Assembly: GCA_051294905.1 (NCBI GenBank)
Contig: CM119372.1
Span: forward strand, 310,001-374,000
Source: Botryllus schlosseri
Lineage: Eukaryota
Length of the DNA: 64,000 nt
Direction of reading: 5' to 3'
The translations under genes and the position numbers were made by a program. The notes below the pieces were generated by a model. It worked only from the letters and a program-made list of their open reading frames with translations. It was not told where the DNA came from and did not search any database. Below, piece by piece: positions 14,797 to 28,296 of this stretch (its first letter is position 1; the number at the start of each line of letters is the position of its first letter).

Positions 14797-14836
<40 letters not shown>
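14680..14836 (+). mobile_element. Retroposon 3' tail ending AATAAA+(CT)n
   Basis: A homologous segment with the same (CT)n tail is at ~29750-29908. Confidence 0.6.
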
Positions 14837-14838
<2 letters not shown>

Positions 14839-15469
14839 GAATAGAGTAACTTCACTATTGGGATTGCGTCTATTGGTACTGGTACTTGAAATTTGCTAAA
14901 AGTGAGGAAAATTAGTATATTATAAAGGAGAACTATTCGATATCACCAAACAGAGTTATAAAAGGAGGATTTAACAAGACTTTAACTGGAAACCGAGCAG
15001 TCAACTTAATGACTTGGACTCGGACTCGAGTCAATATACCATGACTCGGACTCGACCCTCCGCTCGCTGACTTGGTGGTCAAATGAAAATGACTCGACTT
15101 GACTTGAGTCAAAACTACAAAAGTGAGATTGACTTGTGACTCGCAGCCTTGTGACTTGGTTACAACCCTGCAGTGAACAGATGACCGTATACACGCATTG
15201 TTGCGCCTCTGTAAAATGCCGACAGTAAAATAGAAAGGGTTTGAAATATTTCCTAATTTAAATTAGCGAGGTAGCATCAATTTACATGTGTAAATGCCAA
15301 ATATTATATGGGTGGGTCAGATAAACTTCCTGCTGATGATGAACTTATGCGTATGGTATAAGCCGCAATAAGCTTTCACACGCTACTATAGGGTTGCCAT
15401 ACGTCCGGAATTTCCCGGGCATGTCCGGAATTTCACTGTAAAAATTGCGTCCGGGAGGAAACTCTAAAA

Positions 15470-16523
15470 CAGGAGTCACCAACCTTTTTGCAACCGAGGG
15501 CTACTTTTGCGTAATGATTGAAGCGGCGGGCTACTATTTACTCCCGTCGTTTACCCGTACCACACTGAATTTCCGCTTTGATATTCATAGCACTGGGCAG
15601 GACTGGACATCATATTATCTGTTTCTATAGCAGTCAGTGGGAAGCCTGGGCATTGTATGATATCAACTAGCGCGCTGTACTCTGGTATTTAACTTGACAC
15701 TGCAATTCTGAGTGAGTATTCCAGATGTGCAATAATTTAACGTGTTTTGTGTTTGTTTTTGATGAAGTTCATGTCCGAAAAGGTTGATTCACAACGATAA
15801 GTTGAACCATAGACGCTTGCAACCTTCATAGCTGTTGCGCATGTACTTTTCCGTATCAACAATGCACCAAACGTTTGCTGCAGAGTGAGGTGGCTGGTGG
15901 GGGTCATTTTGCAGTGTTACAATTTCAATCTCCTACTGTTGAGCATCCAGAAATGACAAGATTTCATTATACCGGACAGCAGCAACGATTACAGAAAGTT
16001 AGAAACATGGTATATTAAACTGCGTTGAGTGTAACAGAAACAAGCTGTGCCAAAACATGCAATACGCAATGGGTATACAGATATTGAAAACCTGCTAGTA
16101 CTTCACGGCTATCTGACTCCGAATAGTAATATTGTCTACTACTTTGACATTGTACTGGTCGTCGAGCTATCGTAACGGAACCCCCCACCTCCCATCCCTC
16201 CCCACCATTTCAAGAAGACCGTGGACGGCATTCCGTCATGTCACCTGTATAGGCAATGCGCCGTATCTCGAATTTCTGGTGATTCCATCACATACATCTA
16301 TCTAATTGTAATCGAAGATATTTTTAAGTGTTTATATGTAACTTACATGTTAGTGTGTTTTAAACGAATCAATCAATATACATATTTAAAAGCTCACTGG
16401 TAATAATCTGACGAATATTGGTAAATGCTGCTATTCCACCTATTTTTAGAATGGGCTCGCGGGCTACTCATCCAGTCCTCGCGGGCTACCTGGTGCCCGC
16501 GGGCACCGGGTTGGTGACCCCTG
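15470..16523 (-). mobile_element. hAT-Charlie deletion derivative with a transposase C-terminal remnant
   Basis: TIR CAGGAGTCACCAACC...GGTTGGTGACCCCTG, TSD CTCTAAAA/CTCTAGAA. Minus-strand KVASVYGSTYRCESTFSDMNFIKNKHKTR* at ~15740-15830. Confidence 0.85.
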
Positions 16524-17719
16524 CTCTAGAATATGCCTAAATGTCCGGAATTTTGAAGGATTGCAGTAGGATAAAATTTTCCGTAAATCACCATTATGAA
16601 CAATGTTATTTTTAAAAGGCACTTCGTCAGCCTGAGCCCACCCCCCCCCAAAACGTTGGTTTTGGGCCCCCACAGGGCGATAAGCCAAATTTTAGGGGGC
16701 TTTTCCCGCATACCCTACAGTTGGTGGATGTTTTCGCCTGTACTTGCGAGCACATTAATTCTACTCGGTGTAAGCAAAAAGATTATGTAGTAGGGATGGT
16801 GTGAAACTCTGTGTGTGAACACGAACTTTTTTGAAAGGTTCTGGATGTGTGAACGCTATAGCGTGAACCTCATGACGCCATATTGCCAGTTCCAATTCCA
16901 ACCCTTCATTTCAGTGAAGTGAGAGCCTATATTAATGAACGCGATACCTAGCGACGACACGGGCAACATATTTGCACTATGCTGAAGTACATATTGACGT
17001 TCTAAAAATTGCCAAATGTATTAACTGGGGCAATCAAATGATTTAATAATCCTATAAAATCAATATTTTCCGTCGTATTGCCTAAAGTTTCGACGAGGAT
17101 GTCGTCGAGCATGTCCGCATTCAAGTCGAAATACAAGCAATTTCTTCTAAATCAATACTAGCCAGTCTTCAGGATTACCGGACCACGACCTAACATCGAC
17201 CTCGCCCTCCGCCACATACCACCCAATGTTGTCGCTTGCGTCTTATATTCTCTGCATTACTTTTCATTCAGTGTGCATGCCTCTTATTTACTTCGCCTAG
17301 GCTAAGGTGGGTGTCTGATCTTAATGGCTACTCCAAGTTGTTTCGACACCCTCCTATCTTTTCATTGTATCGCAGTCTTGTGATGTTTTGAAACGATGAA
17401 AATATTAATAAACCTGACTGACTGAGGACTTGCAAGGGAATATCAGCTTACGCCCTAAAGGTCTTGACAAAACCGGACAATTAATGTATTCGCGGTTTCT
17501 CGGTATTGCGACGTTGATATTGCGCAGAGTATGAGATGGATTTCTATGCTACCGATATTACCCAATACCAATACCCAATACCAGTAATAGTCAACACCCT
17601 GATCGCACCTATTTTGTTTTTATGATACAAGAAACATATGAAGTCAAGATTGACTCGTACACATGCTAGATTTTTTTACACCAGATAAAGCATCATTCGT
17701 TGACTACATATAGTATATT

Positions 17720-18270
17720 GTGGCGGGATAGCATAGTGGTATAATCCACGGCTGCAACACCAAGGTTAGGCTTACCATACGTCCTCTTTTAAGAGGATTT
17801 GTCCTCTTTTTTTACTTTTTTGAAAGTGTCCTCGGAGGACGCTCTTTTGTCCTCTTTTTTGAGATTTTGTACTCTTTTTTGAAAATTTAGGTCAGATTCA
17901 GAGCAAATTGCGAGTGATATGCCGCAAATTAGCACAGAAGTGAAGCTCCGGCGGGTATTTCGGAGTGAAAAGTGGTGAATTTAGCTCTGAGCGAAAAGAT
18001 GACTTTTTTTTTTAGTCATCCACCTGGCAACGTGGAGAGAGAAACGGTATTTTGAGCTCTGAGCGGAACAGATGATCTTTTTTTTTAGTCAACCGATCAC
18101 AAAGTGGGAAGAATTCGCCGGTTTTTGAGAATTCTTCTCTGGTTTTGCAAGTCTGAAATTTCTGAAAAAGTGTCTTCTTTTTAGATTTCCAAAATATGGT
18201 AAGCCTAACCAAGGTCGACTCCAAAATTCCCGCCCAAGTGTTGGAGGTTTATCTAGGCTCTTCCACGTCA
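17720..18270 (+). mobile_element. tRNA-derived SINE head split by a Blackjack MITE
   Basis: A-box-like TAGCATAGTGG, and a B-box-like GGT|CGACTCC rejoined across the insertion. It is followed by GGAGGTTTATCT.GGCTC, as in the SINE at 30186-32250. Confidence 0.55.
17767..18207. mobile_element. hAT-Blackjack-type MITE
   Basis: TAGGCTTACCATA...TATGGTAAGCCTA, perfect 8-bp TSD ACCAAGGT. Confidence 0.9.
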
Positions 18271-18670
18271 TTTCATCCGTGTAAGAGGTATCCTAAAAAG
18301 TATAGAATTGTGCCGTGCTACAAGTCGGCAGCTAAGAAATAAAAATGCGGAAAATTGCCCTGGTGTAAATGACCATCGTACTCGTAGTCGACACACACCA
18401 TGAATACATGGAAACAAGCATGTGGTGTATTTCACTCTTAATGCGGTGTCATTTGGGCTCAAGCTCACAGCATAAAGAATCACTTAACATTCACAAACGG
18501 AAAGCTAGCTGGAAATTTTGAACAAACTTTTGTAACATAGCAAGAAAACTTTTCGAAATTGTCAATGTGCATGCTCATTCCTCATTTAATGTTTATTTTT
18601 TATGCTTCCAGCGCCATACATCGAGGGCCCGCAGTTGAAATGCAATAAATTTCAATTAAAGATGTTATGA

Positions 18671-20004
18671 CAGTGGTTCCCAACCTGTGGTACGCGTACC
18701 ACTAGTGGTACGCGAAGGTCTTCCAGGTGGTACGCGAGTCGATTCTGTCTTTTTTTTTCGATCGAAGGGAGTTATTAGTTCAGGTTAAGAACCGCTAAAA
18801 CAATGGCATTACCGGCGATACAAGTGAACATATTTAAGTGTTCCCTTTGCTTCAGTCCAGGGGTGGCCAACCTGCGGCTGTAAGAGGGAATTTGTGAGGC
18901 CGTAGACACGCAATTCAATTAGTATGTGTTGGCGGCCGTCGACTTGCAACTCGAATTTACGAATTGACTCCTATTTCTTGAAAGATTTCAATTTATCTTG
19001 AAATTTTCTTTGGGCTGCGCACGATTCAATGCGATTACATTTTTCGATTTTAATATAGTAGCACCCTTTGCAATCAGAGCCCCACAATACAGATGCGAAC
19101 ATCAGTGGAAAATGATGCGACTTACATGGAAATATCAGCTCGGAATCGTGTGCTCGTCACTATACTAAAAATCCTGATGGGAGGTCAAGAAATAACAGCA
19201 TGCTACAAAGGGACTAATACCAATTGGCCCACCCGAAGATGAATCATAATTTATAACTTGCTTTAAATTTTCATAAACACCCTTACATATACTCTATACC
19301 AGTGAATCTGATCACACGGGATGAGAAAAGATAAATGTTTGAGGGTAATATGTAAATAAACTACTACTATAAATGACGAAATTCATTGGTGAATCTGAAT
19401 TTTTTCGCGCTTCGCGCGACTATGCGAACTTCCTTCCTTAACATTACCAGTGACCACTCGCGATTTTGGTGCACATAGTAAGCCTATCATTAAATACATT
19501 AGTCCGGAGTTCACCAGAAATGGACATAAACACTTTAACCTGGGTATTTGGCGTCCAGCAGCTCGTTCATTACGACTATGCCCCGGAATGCGGACGTAGG
19601 TTACACGAGTAGTCGAAATGCGGCCGTGAATGGCAAAAAGGTTGGCAACCCCTGCTTTAGTCATAATCTGGCGTTAGCCCTGCGTATGCGTTGTGATGAA
19701 TACAAGATATTTAACTGTCAACTCGGACGTTGTAATTTGGTTTAATACTGTGGATGTGATGGATAATATAATATTTTTTCAATGTACTCAGAATTGCTAT
19801 GTGGGCCGGATAAAATCGTCTGGCGGGACGTATATTTGACATCCCTGGCCTAGTTCAATAGAGTGTGTTAATACACCTCGCATAGGTCAAATACGTGATT
19901 ATGACGTCATAAGTGGTGGAAACGCGAGTAACTTTATAGGTGGTACGCGAGCACTGCATAAAACCTCAAAATGGTACGTGGGTGGGAAAAGGTTGGAACC
20001 ACTG
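18671..20004. mobile_element. hAT-Charlie-type element with a nested hAT element at 18858-19654
   Basis: Outer element CAGTGGTTCCCAACC...GGTTGGAACCACTG with TSD TGTTATGA. Inner element CAGGGGTGGCCAACC...GGTTGGCAACCCCTG with TSD CTTCAGTC/CTTTAGTC. Confidence 0.85.
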
Positions 20005-22371
20005 TGTTATGATGAAGTGAAAATTGTAATATATGCAGAAGGTTCACAGTGCAGAACCTTCCAAGGTTCGTTTGGGACCGTGAACCTCTAAATTTACGAG
20101 GTTCACACACAGAACGTGAACCTCACGTTCACACCATCCGATTATGCAGCTTTTCGCGCCAATAGCGAAAATTTTAGATAATTCATGACTGAATCAGTTT
20201 TCTCGCTGCCGAATTTTTGGCGCACCTTTCGGAGTCCCATGTTAGCCTAAACTTCATTATGTGGTGGGACTTCGTGGCGCGGTAATGGCTGACGACGGAA
20301 TCCCGATATTTATAAATCATGCGTATTTATCGGAGAAGGGCTCGTAATAAGCGAGACATTTAGTGACACTAAATCGTGCAAAGAAACTGGAAAAATGTTG
20401 GGAAAAGTTTCAAAAAAATACGATATGATTTATGTTCATTTGCAAAATAATTTTGGCCCTTTTAAACTCGGCCCTCTTCAATTTGGCGGTTTGGGGTGCC
20501 CCAGTTACGATCATGCGCAAAATGATGGAATCGAAACCGAAAGATCGCGCAAACTGCACTGTTTAGCGATGAGTCATCTCGTATCCGTTCTGTACTTGTC
20601 GCTCGCATGTCGTCAAATGACACGTCTTAAACTCTAGGTCGAATCCAACCTGTTTCCAGCCCTAATTTCACCTCACGAAGTTCTGAATCTGCTTAAAATT
20701 TGATGCTGTATTTGAGTTATCAATGGACAAGCCTTCAACATTGCATCCTGAAATTAAGGTATAAAATTGTAAAATACCTGGCGGACCGGCAGGAATGTCG
20801 TCGCGAACCGGCGGTCGCGAGTGGTTTAGCAGTTTCGGTTGTAACAAGCTATCGCAGTGGACGTCATATTAGCAGTAAACAGCATTATCAGGTTTCTGTT
20901 GTTTAGTGTACAGCAGAATAAGATGTGGGAAAGGCAGCGTTTATTGCGGACTGAAAAAGGTCGCACTGCAGTCAACACTGGGGTTAACCATCATCGCGAA
21001 AAAGTTTGCTTTGGCCAGGACCAAGACTATAAGCATTGTTACTGGCGTTCTTGCTCCATACGCTCAAAAATGATTTTGTATAAACTCGGTGTAGCCTGCA
21101 GCCTTTTTCCATCTTGGCTGACGTCTTTAATCACAACACGGTAAAGAAGTTTGGTCTATCACCCTATATGGGTGGCCCAACACCTACGTTTTTTTTTGGG
21201 GGGGGGGGCTGACGAGATGCTGTTTCGATCCTGAGTGAAGGTAAACCTAGACCTGAGCTGTCGCCAGATCCACGAACCTCTTAAAATAACAAGGATTTGC
21301 TGGACCAGGTTGTTTCTGGAGGAAAGTGTGGAATGTGATATGCCACGGCTCGTATAAATACAACGTCTGTATAAAAACGCTTTTTAATGCTAATTTAACT
21401 TTTCGACTGTCCTCATTTTTGGATCCATGTCGATGGCAACCCTGATTATAGCACAGTCGTCTCATTTGGTAAAAACTGTGTTGCTATGAATCCAGAGGTA
21501 GTCATTGCCGCTACTCAAGCAGAAGTAACCACATACATTTCTACTCAAGTAGTTGCGATTTTAAGCAAGTAAAACGTATTCTACGCCTAATTTTGCAAAA
21601 GAACAGAAAACCGTAAAGTAGTAGTTCAAAATCCTAACCACTTGAGAAATTGGTGCAAGCAGGCTAAATCTACCAGAAATACTCGTAAAAGTACTTCGTT
21701 ACTGACTACCTCTGTGTCTAAATCTTATCATTATATAATTTAAATAGCTGGTGCAGAAATTGAAGATCAACACAATATCCATTGTAGTAAAATATTTATT
21801 CAACTCGAAGACATTGTGACATTGCGGACTTCATGGTATATTATTTTGATTGTTACACCATTCATACTTTGCCTTTTTGGCTTTGCTTTTCATTCTGATC
21901 CCTTGAGTGTGCCGTTAACTCTTGAAAAGAGGCACCCAAAAAATCTTGATAGTTGAATAAATATTTTACTACAATGGATGTTGTAATGGAAGCGATAATA
22001 TAATTTAGAAAAGCTGGGAATTTTCATGTCCACCTGCTCCGAGTCAACCAAGCCCTTGCCACATATCAACAACATGAAGTTCCGAGTTGCTGCAGATTGC
22101 ATGAAAGGAATCTAAAATCAGTGGAAATCACAAAGAGACACGGCCTTTCTTGACAACATAAGATAACAGGTAGAATAGCAAGACTGACAGACGAACAGTG
22201 GATAAAACAATCAGTAGAAAAGGCACCACAAATATCAGACGGGTGTCGACATGAAGATAGTATCGTAGGACCGTATCAATTCTGCATTGCTCTAGGTTTT
22301 GATTAAATAAATTCCACCAATCTCCCACATATTCAACAGCGATCGTGCAAAATTCCGGCATGAAATGGGAG

Positions 22372-25300
22372 CTACATGTGTTCCGGATGATTCTGCAGGC
22401 ATTCGATGAAGGATGAGGGGGGCAGGTTTTCAAAACAGATCCGGTACACGGCAGTAAACAGCGGATACCTGTACAAATTAGGATATGTTGGAACATGATA
22501 CTGATACAACACAAGGAATACAACTCGATCAGATTCCGTAGTAATGAATTTTGGAAGAGTAGTCTTCGTTGTTACTCTCGAGTGAAAGTAACGAGTAACA
22601 TTTCATCTCAAGTACAGCTGTGAGTAGCAATTTTTAAGTAAGAAGTTACTAATTTAGGCCTACTGCACGGTGAAAGAATGAAAATTGTGAACGAGTACTC
22701 AAAAATTTTCATAACCACTCTGGTTAGCACAAGTAGCCAAAACCTACTTCAAGCACCCGAAAAAAGTAAAAGTAGAATGCAAGGAAAACAATTCCATCTG
22801 CTCCTATTGTAATGAATTTGGGGCCTCGGCCCCTGACGAACAGAGGTGGCCCAATAGTCATGGTTGGCACGCCAGTAGAAGTAGTGTCGTCAAATTTAAC
22901 TCGGGTACAAGTTATGATTACCCAGTAAAATAGGAAGTATCCTAGTCTTAGTTTTGGCAAAAAAAGTGGGAACTAGAAGTAGTCACTTGAACAATTAGTA
23001 CAAGTAAAAGTACAAAACATGTTCGAGTGCAAGTAGAAGCAGTGATTTACAAGTAAGTAAAAGTAAGTGTACAAGGACTAGTTTTGCCTAAAAAACTGAA
23101 AATCGTCAAGAAGGATTCTAAAACGATCATAACCCATCGAGCAGGTAGGCAAAGAAACGTACTCGTTCAAATCGATGGATTTCGATTTGAGAACGCTGAC
23201 GACTTCCGACGCGGTTTGAGGTCCCTGCAGTTTCTGCCCGTTTAGCATCTCTTTCTCAAGTTCAACAATGGACTGAAAATAGGAGATTCATCAAGCAGAC
23301 TGCTTGTAATGAGTCATATGACTCGAGACTCAGACGGCCAAGACAGGCATTCCATTGTGACTTGGAAAAATAGTAAATAACCAAATCACCGGTAGTTCGG
23401 CTATCAGTAGCCTATTGGTACTGAAAAAAGAGGACCAGAAATTGTGTAAAGTGAGGAAAACGAGTATATTATGATCAAGATGCATTCAATACCACCTGGG
23501 AGAATTGTAACTAAGTAGGTTCAAGAATTCTTGGACCAGGAATTGAACAGTGAACAAGACAATTCAAGTTTCAAAACTATGATTTGGACTAGAATTTGAC
23601 TCGGTGATGAATTGAAAACAAATCAATGTGACTCAGGTCATAGCTACGCAAGTAAGATTGACTCGTGACTCGATCACAACCCAGGCCCCACCTTCCCGGT
23701 CTTTGCGAATGCCTCCGAGACGCGTCGATTGCGTCCCCCGTAACACGTTGTCACCAGATCTGCCACCCCGCACGATTCCAGGAATGTGGCAGTCTGCGGT
23801 TTTACTTCTGGGAAAAACACCTGCGCGATACACTTGTTATTTTGAAAATCCAATTGTCAGTACAAGTCTGTGCAGTCAATTACGTACCCTTGTGAATTTC
23901 ATCATTTCCATCAGTCCCAGACGAATAACGGCTGCTTTTGTGTTATCTCCGAGGCCAAGACCGTCCACAAACCCAGCACCGCACGCGACAATGTTCTGGA
24001 AATGGTCGCATCACAAATTCCTGTTTCACGCGTCAAAATGCAAACCTGACTTTCAGAGCGCCACAAATCTCCACGGTTTCCAAGTCTTGCACGACGCAGA
24101 TTCGGAAATTCGGCGTCTGCAGCAGCTTTTTGAAAGCCTGTCCGTTGGGCAGCGACTTGGTTCCGATCGTAGTCTCGCAGAACATGCCGGAAGCGACCTC
24201 GTGAGCGATATTGGCGCCCATCAGAACGCTGACGTCCATTTTCAGGATTTCTCCGATGATGGAACTGATCAGACGGAAGCCTTTGTCTGAATGATCCACT
24301 CCCTGCAGAGAGTTGGAAGACTAGGAAATTATCGCCTTTTCCAGATAAGATTACAATTAGAATGGTAGCTATACAGTTCTTTTTTTTTTGAATTTGAGTT
24401 AGAACTACACAGTTTTCTCTGAATTAGATTACAATTAGAATGATAGCAACACATTTTTTTAAATTAGACTGGAATTAGAATCATAGCTACACAGTTTTCT
24501 CAAATTACATTACAACTAGACTCATAGCTACACAGATATTTTTTAATAGTATATTCATGTAGAAATGAACCCGAATATTTTCGGCCGACACTCGTCAGGG
24601 GTAATCGTCAGCAACTAGTAGAGAATTCAAAAGAAAATCGTATCAAGAAAATATGAAGTCACCAGCATGAAATGTCAATATGCGAGCGTTCAATTCGACA
24701 TTCATGCTGGTGACGTCATATTTTGTGATAGGATTGTTGATATACAATGTTCTTTCTTATTCTCTACTAGTTGCTGACGATTACCCCTGACGAGTGTCAG
24801 CCGAAAATATTTGGGTTCATTTCAATATGAATATACTAATCAATTGTATATTGAGGTTCTGTTACCTTTAAGAAGCTGCGCAGATATTTTTCCGAATTAC
24901 ATTAGAATCAGAGTGACTGATTTCGGAAGACTTTCAAGTCGAGTTAAATTCGGGATTAGAAAGAAATCAAAAAAATCAATTTCCTTTCATATCAAATCAC
25001 AGATCATGCTCATAAGAATGAGCAGCAAGCTTGCCTGGTTTCGCACAATACAGTTACTCCTGTAGCATTTCCAGGAAAACCGGAAAGTAGATTAGAATTA
25101 AAATGAGAACATTTCACAAATTAGATTAGAATTAGAATACCGGCATTTCGTTCTAATCAGTCTAATTTGGCAAATAGAATTATCTGGTTGCCATTGCCAG
25201 GTCGACATTTGCAATGCTATGACAAACTTTCTCTCACTTTGATGAGCGAAATGCCGATCGCTCCAGGCTTCACGACTCCTTTCATCTCGTTGCATAGACC

Positions 25301-26245
25301 TTCAATAAACTGATGCGGAACCACAAAAATGAACATGTCTGCGTCGGTCGCTGCGGTGGCCAGGTCTGGCACGGCAATCTGAACAAGTCCAGCGGAGTTA
25401 CTGATGAAAGATTCTTATCAAACACGACATCTAAGACTAGACTGAATTTATCAATGACAAACATAGGTTCAATACTATTTTTGACTGTGGAAGCCCAGAA
25501 ACCTCGATTGGTTATAGGCCTATCGCGGCAGACGAAACATGTAGTAGGCTACAAACGTAAACGCACGTCGGTGGAAACAACATATATCTGTGAAGTTAAT
25601 TTTAAACATTCCACATCATTCCTATTGCTATGACGTCTTAATACTTGGATACTTGACTCGAATGCCAATACTAAATTCTGCACCGCAGCAGCCAGGTACT
25701 CAGCCCAAGCAACAACTCACGATGTTCTCCGGGAGGATATGGCCGGGCAGATATTTCACGTTTTCATGACTCTCGTTGATAATTTCACTGAGATTTCGAT
25801 TCTGTATCACTTCTTCTTTTACAAACATGTTCACTCGTGACTCAAAGTCCGGACTCGCAGCCGCGTTGGCTCCGATGATCTTGGCGATTGAGGAACCCCT
25901 GAAGATAGGTGTCATTCAGTTCATGTCACGGTTACAACGACTCGAATCTCGACTTTTTTGGGACTCGCCTTGATTCGAGTCATTTTTTTTGTACGGAAAT
26001 TGACTCGATTTGAGTCAATTTCTGTAATCACTCGTCTTGTACTCGAGCCATAGCGCATGATTCAAGACCAAGACATGAATCTCATTGCAACTTCAAAGAA
26101 CAGTAAGTTATCATATTATTGGTAGTCCGTAACCAGTCAGTATTGGTACTGGACTGACAAAAGTGTCATAACCATGATCTGCTGATATATACATAATAAA
26201 AATTCACCAATTTCCAGATCCGACGATACAAATCTTCTTTGCCAT
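22372..26245 (-). CDS. GPD1: Glycerol-3-phosphate dehydrogenase [NAD+], cytoplasmic; 8 exons, 350 aa
   Basis: Exons 26245-26208, 25898-25721, 25378-25238, 24302-24051, 23995-23888, 23820-23692, 23272-23163 and 22468-22372 are all GT-AG and total 1053 nt in frame. Motifs: [63 protein letters not shown]. Minus-strand AATAAA at 21795-21800. GPD1 versus GPD1L cannot be resolved. Confidence 0.96.
24547..24838. repeat. Long near-perfect inverted repeat (foldback MITE) in GPD1 intron 3
   Basis: Arms such as GAAATGAACCC...CACTCGTCAGGGGTAATCGTCAGCAACTAGTAGAGAA pair with their reverse complement around a short loop. A partial copy is at ~57745-57797. Confidence 0.9.
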
Positions 26246-26634
26246 CCTGAGCATCGATATCAACAAAAGTGCGAGGGAATATAGGCCTACTATTAAAATC
26301 CTGTAAAGTACATAAAATATTTGGGTCCGTTTATGATACCTAGCCTAATATAATATGCATAATATCTATAGTGTAAATAGCCCTGCTTGGCTGCTCAAGA
26401 AGCAATTTTTGCCTTTGCCTACTGACAAAAGTCGACCCATCATTGGCTTATTATTTCAATTTTATCAGTTCAATACACCACAAAATGTGATACAATGAAA
26501 AGATTGGAACGGGTCGAAGCGACTTGCAGTAGTCTATGAAATCCGACACCCATCTTGGCCTAGGCGATGTGAAGAGGAGGCAATAGGCATGTTCACTGAA
26601 TTAAAACTAAAGGAAGATAGTGTAGAAAAAACCA

Positions 26635-28296
26635 GGCACTTCTTCGATGGCAGTCAGGGATCAAAAAGTGTTCACCATGATCACCAATAAATGTTTTTCA
26701 TGAACATGAATAAAAATTTAAACGTCAAAATTAGGGTTGGGTTAGGGGGGATATTAGGGTTGGGGGAGGGGAATGTTGGGGTTAGGAGGATATTAGGGTT
26801 AAGGAAGGGGGATAGTAGGATTGAGGGAGAGGATATCACAAGATTACGGTTAGGCAGGGGGATATTAGGGTTGGAGGTAGGTTAGGTTCAAAGTTGGGGT
26901 TAGATTACCTCTAACCGGGGTATAACCCACCTCCAATCTCCCTTTCCCCAACCCTAATATCCCCTCTCCCACAGCCCTTATACACCCCTTTCCCCAACCC
27001 CAATCTTGGGATACCCTACCCCAACTTTGACCACAACCCACCTCCAATCCCCCCTACCCCAATCCTAATATCCTGCTAGCTCCCAACCCTAATCTTAGGG
27101 TACTTTGACCCAACCCACCTCCAATCCCCCTTTCCCCCAACCCTAATCTTGGGATACCCCATCCCAACTTTGTCCCTAACCCACTTCCAATCTCCCTTTC
27201 CCCCACCATAATATCCGTCTCTCCAAAGGTTGCCGGAGAACCCGGCCTTACAAACTCGGCCCCCGGAGAACCCGGCCCTCGATGAACTCGGCCCTCGGTG
27301 AATTCCGCTCTCGGGAAATTTTGAAATTAAGTGTATTAACAAGTATTAATATGAATTAATAAACTAATAATGTTATTATCAACTGATTTGTCGGTCTTGT
27401 AAGGAGGTCAGGGCATGCGTAGGTCACGCAGTCACGGCGTGATCAGATCTCGTGATCACGATTGCGTGGTCGGCTCATTGTTGAATTGACTTGGCCAGGG
27501 GCGGACGTGCGACATCCTCGTATCTGTTCATGACATCGCATTGGGTCTTATCGCATTGTACATTGTGTGTGACTTGTTCAGATGAAAAATATATCCCAAC
27601 GATTGTTATTGCTCACATATCAACCACGCGTGGTCTGCTCGTTATTGCAAATGTAGGTTGAGGTGGGGTAGGGTAGGGGGGAGTGAGACATTAGGGTTCG
27701 GGGAGTGGGACATTGGGTTCGGGTAGGATACTAGGGTTGGGGGAGGTGGGATATTAGGGTTGGTGGAGGTGGGATGTTAGGGTTAGGATATTAGGGTTGC
27801 CGGAGGTGGGATATTAGGGTTGGGGGAGGGGGATATTAGGGTTGGGGGAGGGGGATATTAGGGTTGGTGGAGGTGGGATGTTAGGGTTGCCGGAGGTGGG
27901 ATATTAGGGTTAGGGTTAGGATATTAGGGTTGCCGGTGAATACAAAATTTCCCGACGGCCGGGTTCACATTTAATGCATTTTCAATTCAAAATTGTTCGA
28001 GGGCCGCATTCACCGCGGTCACGAGTAGTCGAAAAACACCATGAATACCACAAGTAGACCACGCGTGCTTGATATACAAAATTTCCCGAGGGCCGAGTTC
28101 GTCGAGGGCCGGGTTCTCCGAGGTCCGAGTTTGTAAGGCCGGGTTCTCCAAGGTCCAGGTTCTCTGGTAATCTCTCCAAAGGCACAAACAACGATTCATT
28201 TTGACATTTATAAATTTTTATTCGTGTTCATGGAAAACATTCATTGGTGATCATGGTGAACACTTTTCGATCTCTGAATGTGATCGAAGAAGTGCC
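26635..28296. mobile_element. Merlin/foldback-like TIR element containing TTAGGG-rich minisatellites and a nested GAACCCGGCC-type element
   Basis: About 90-bp TIRs starting GGCACTTCTTCGAT, with an 8-bp TSD AAAAACCA. It splits a LINE 3' UTR fragment (26450-26634 / 28297-28392). The inner element (~27229-28172) is flanked by the direct repeat TCTCTCCAAAGG. Confidence 0.8.

Larger units (their letters stand above)
16791..20141. mobile_element. GGATGGTGTGAAC-family element carrying nested insertions
   Basis: Same TIRs as 3561-4570, TSD TTATGTAG/TTATGCAG. It contains a LINE tail (~17103-17412), a SINE head, a Blackjack MITE and two hAT elements. Confidence 0.8.

Noticed and set aside
23628..24290. 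220-aa plus-strand ORF
   Set aside because: Antisense shadow of GPD1 exons 4-6.
26730..27935. True telomere or telomerase RNA template
   Set aside because: The repeats are degenerate, on both strands and enclosed by transposon TIRs.
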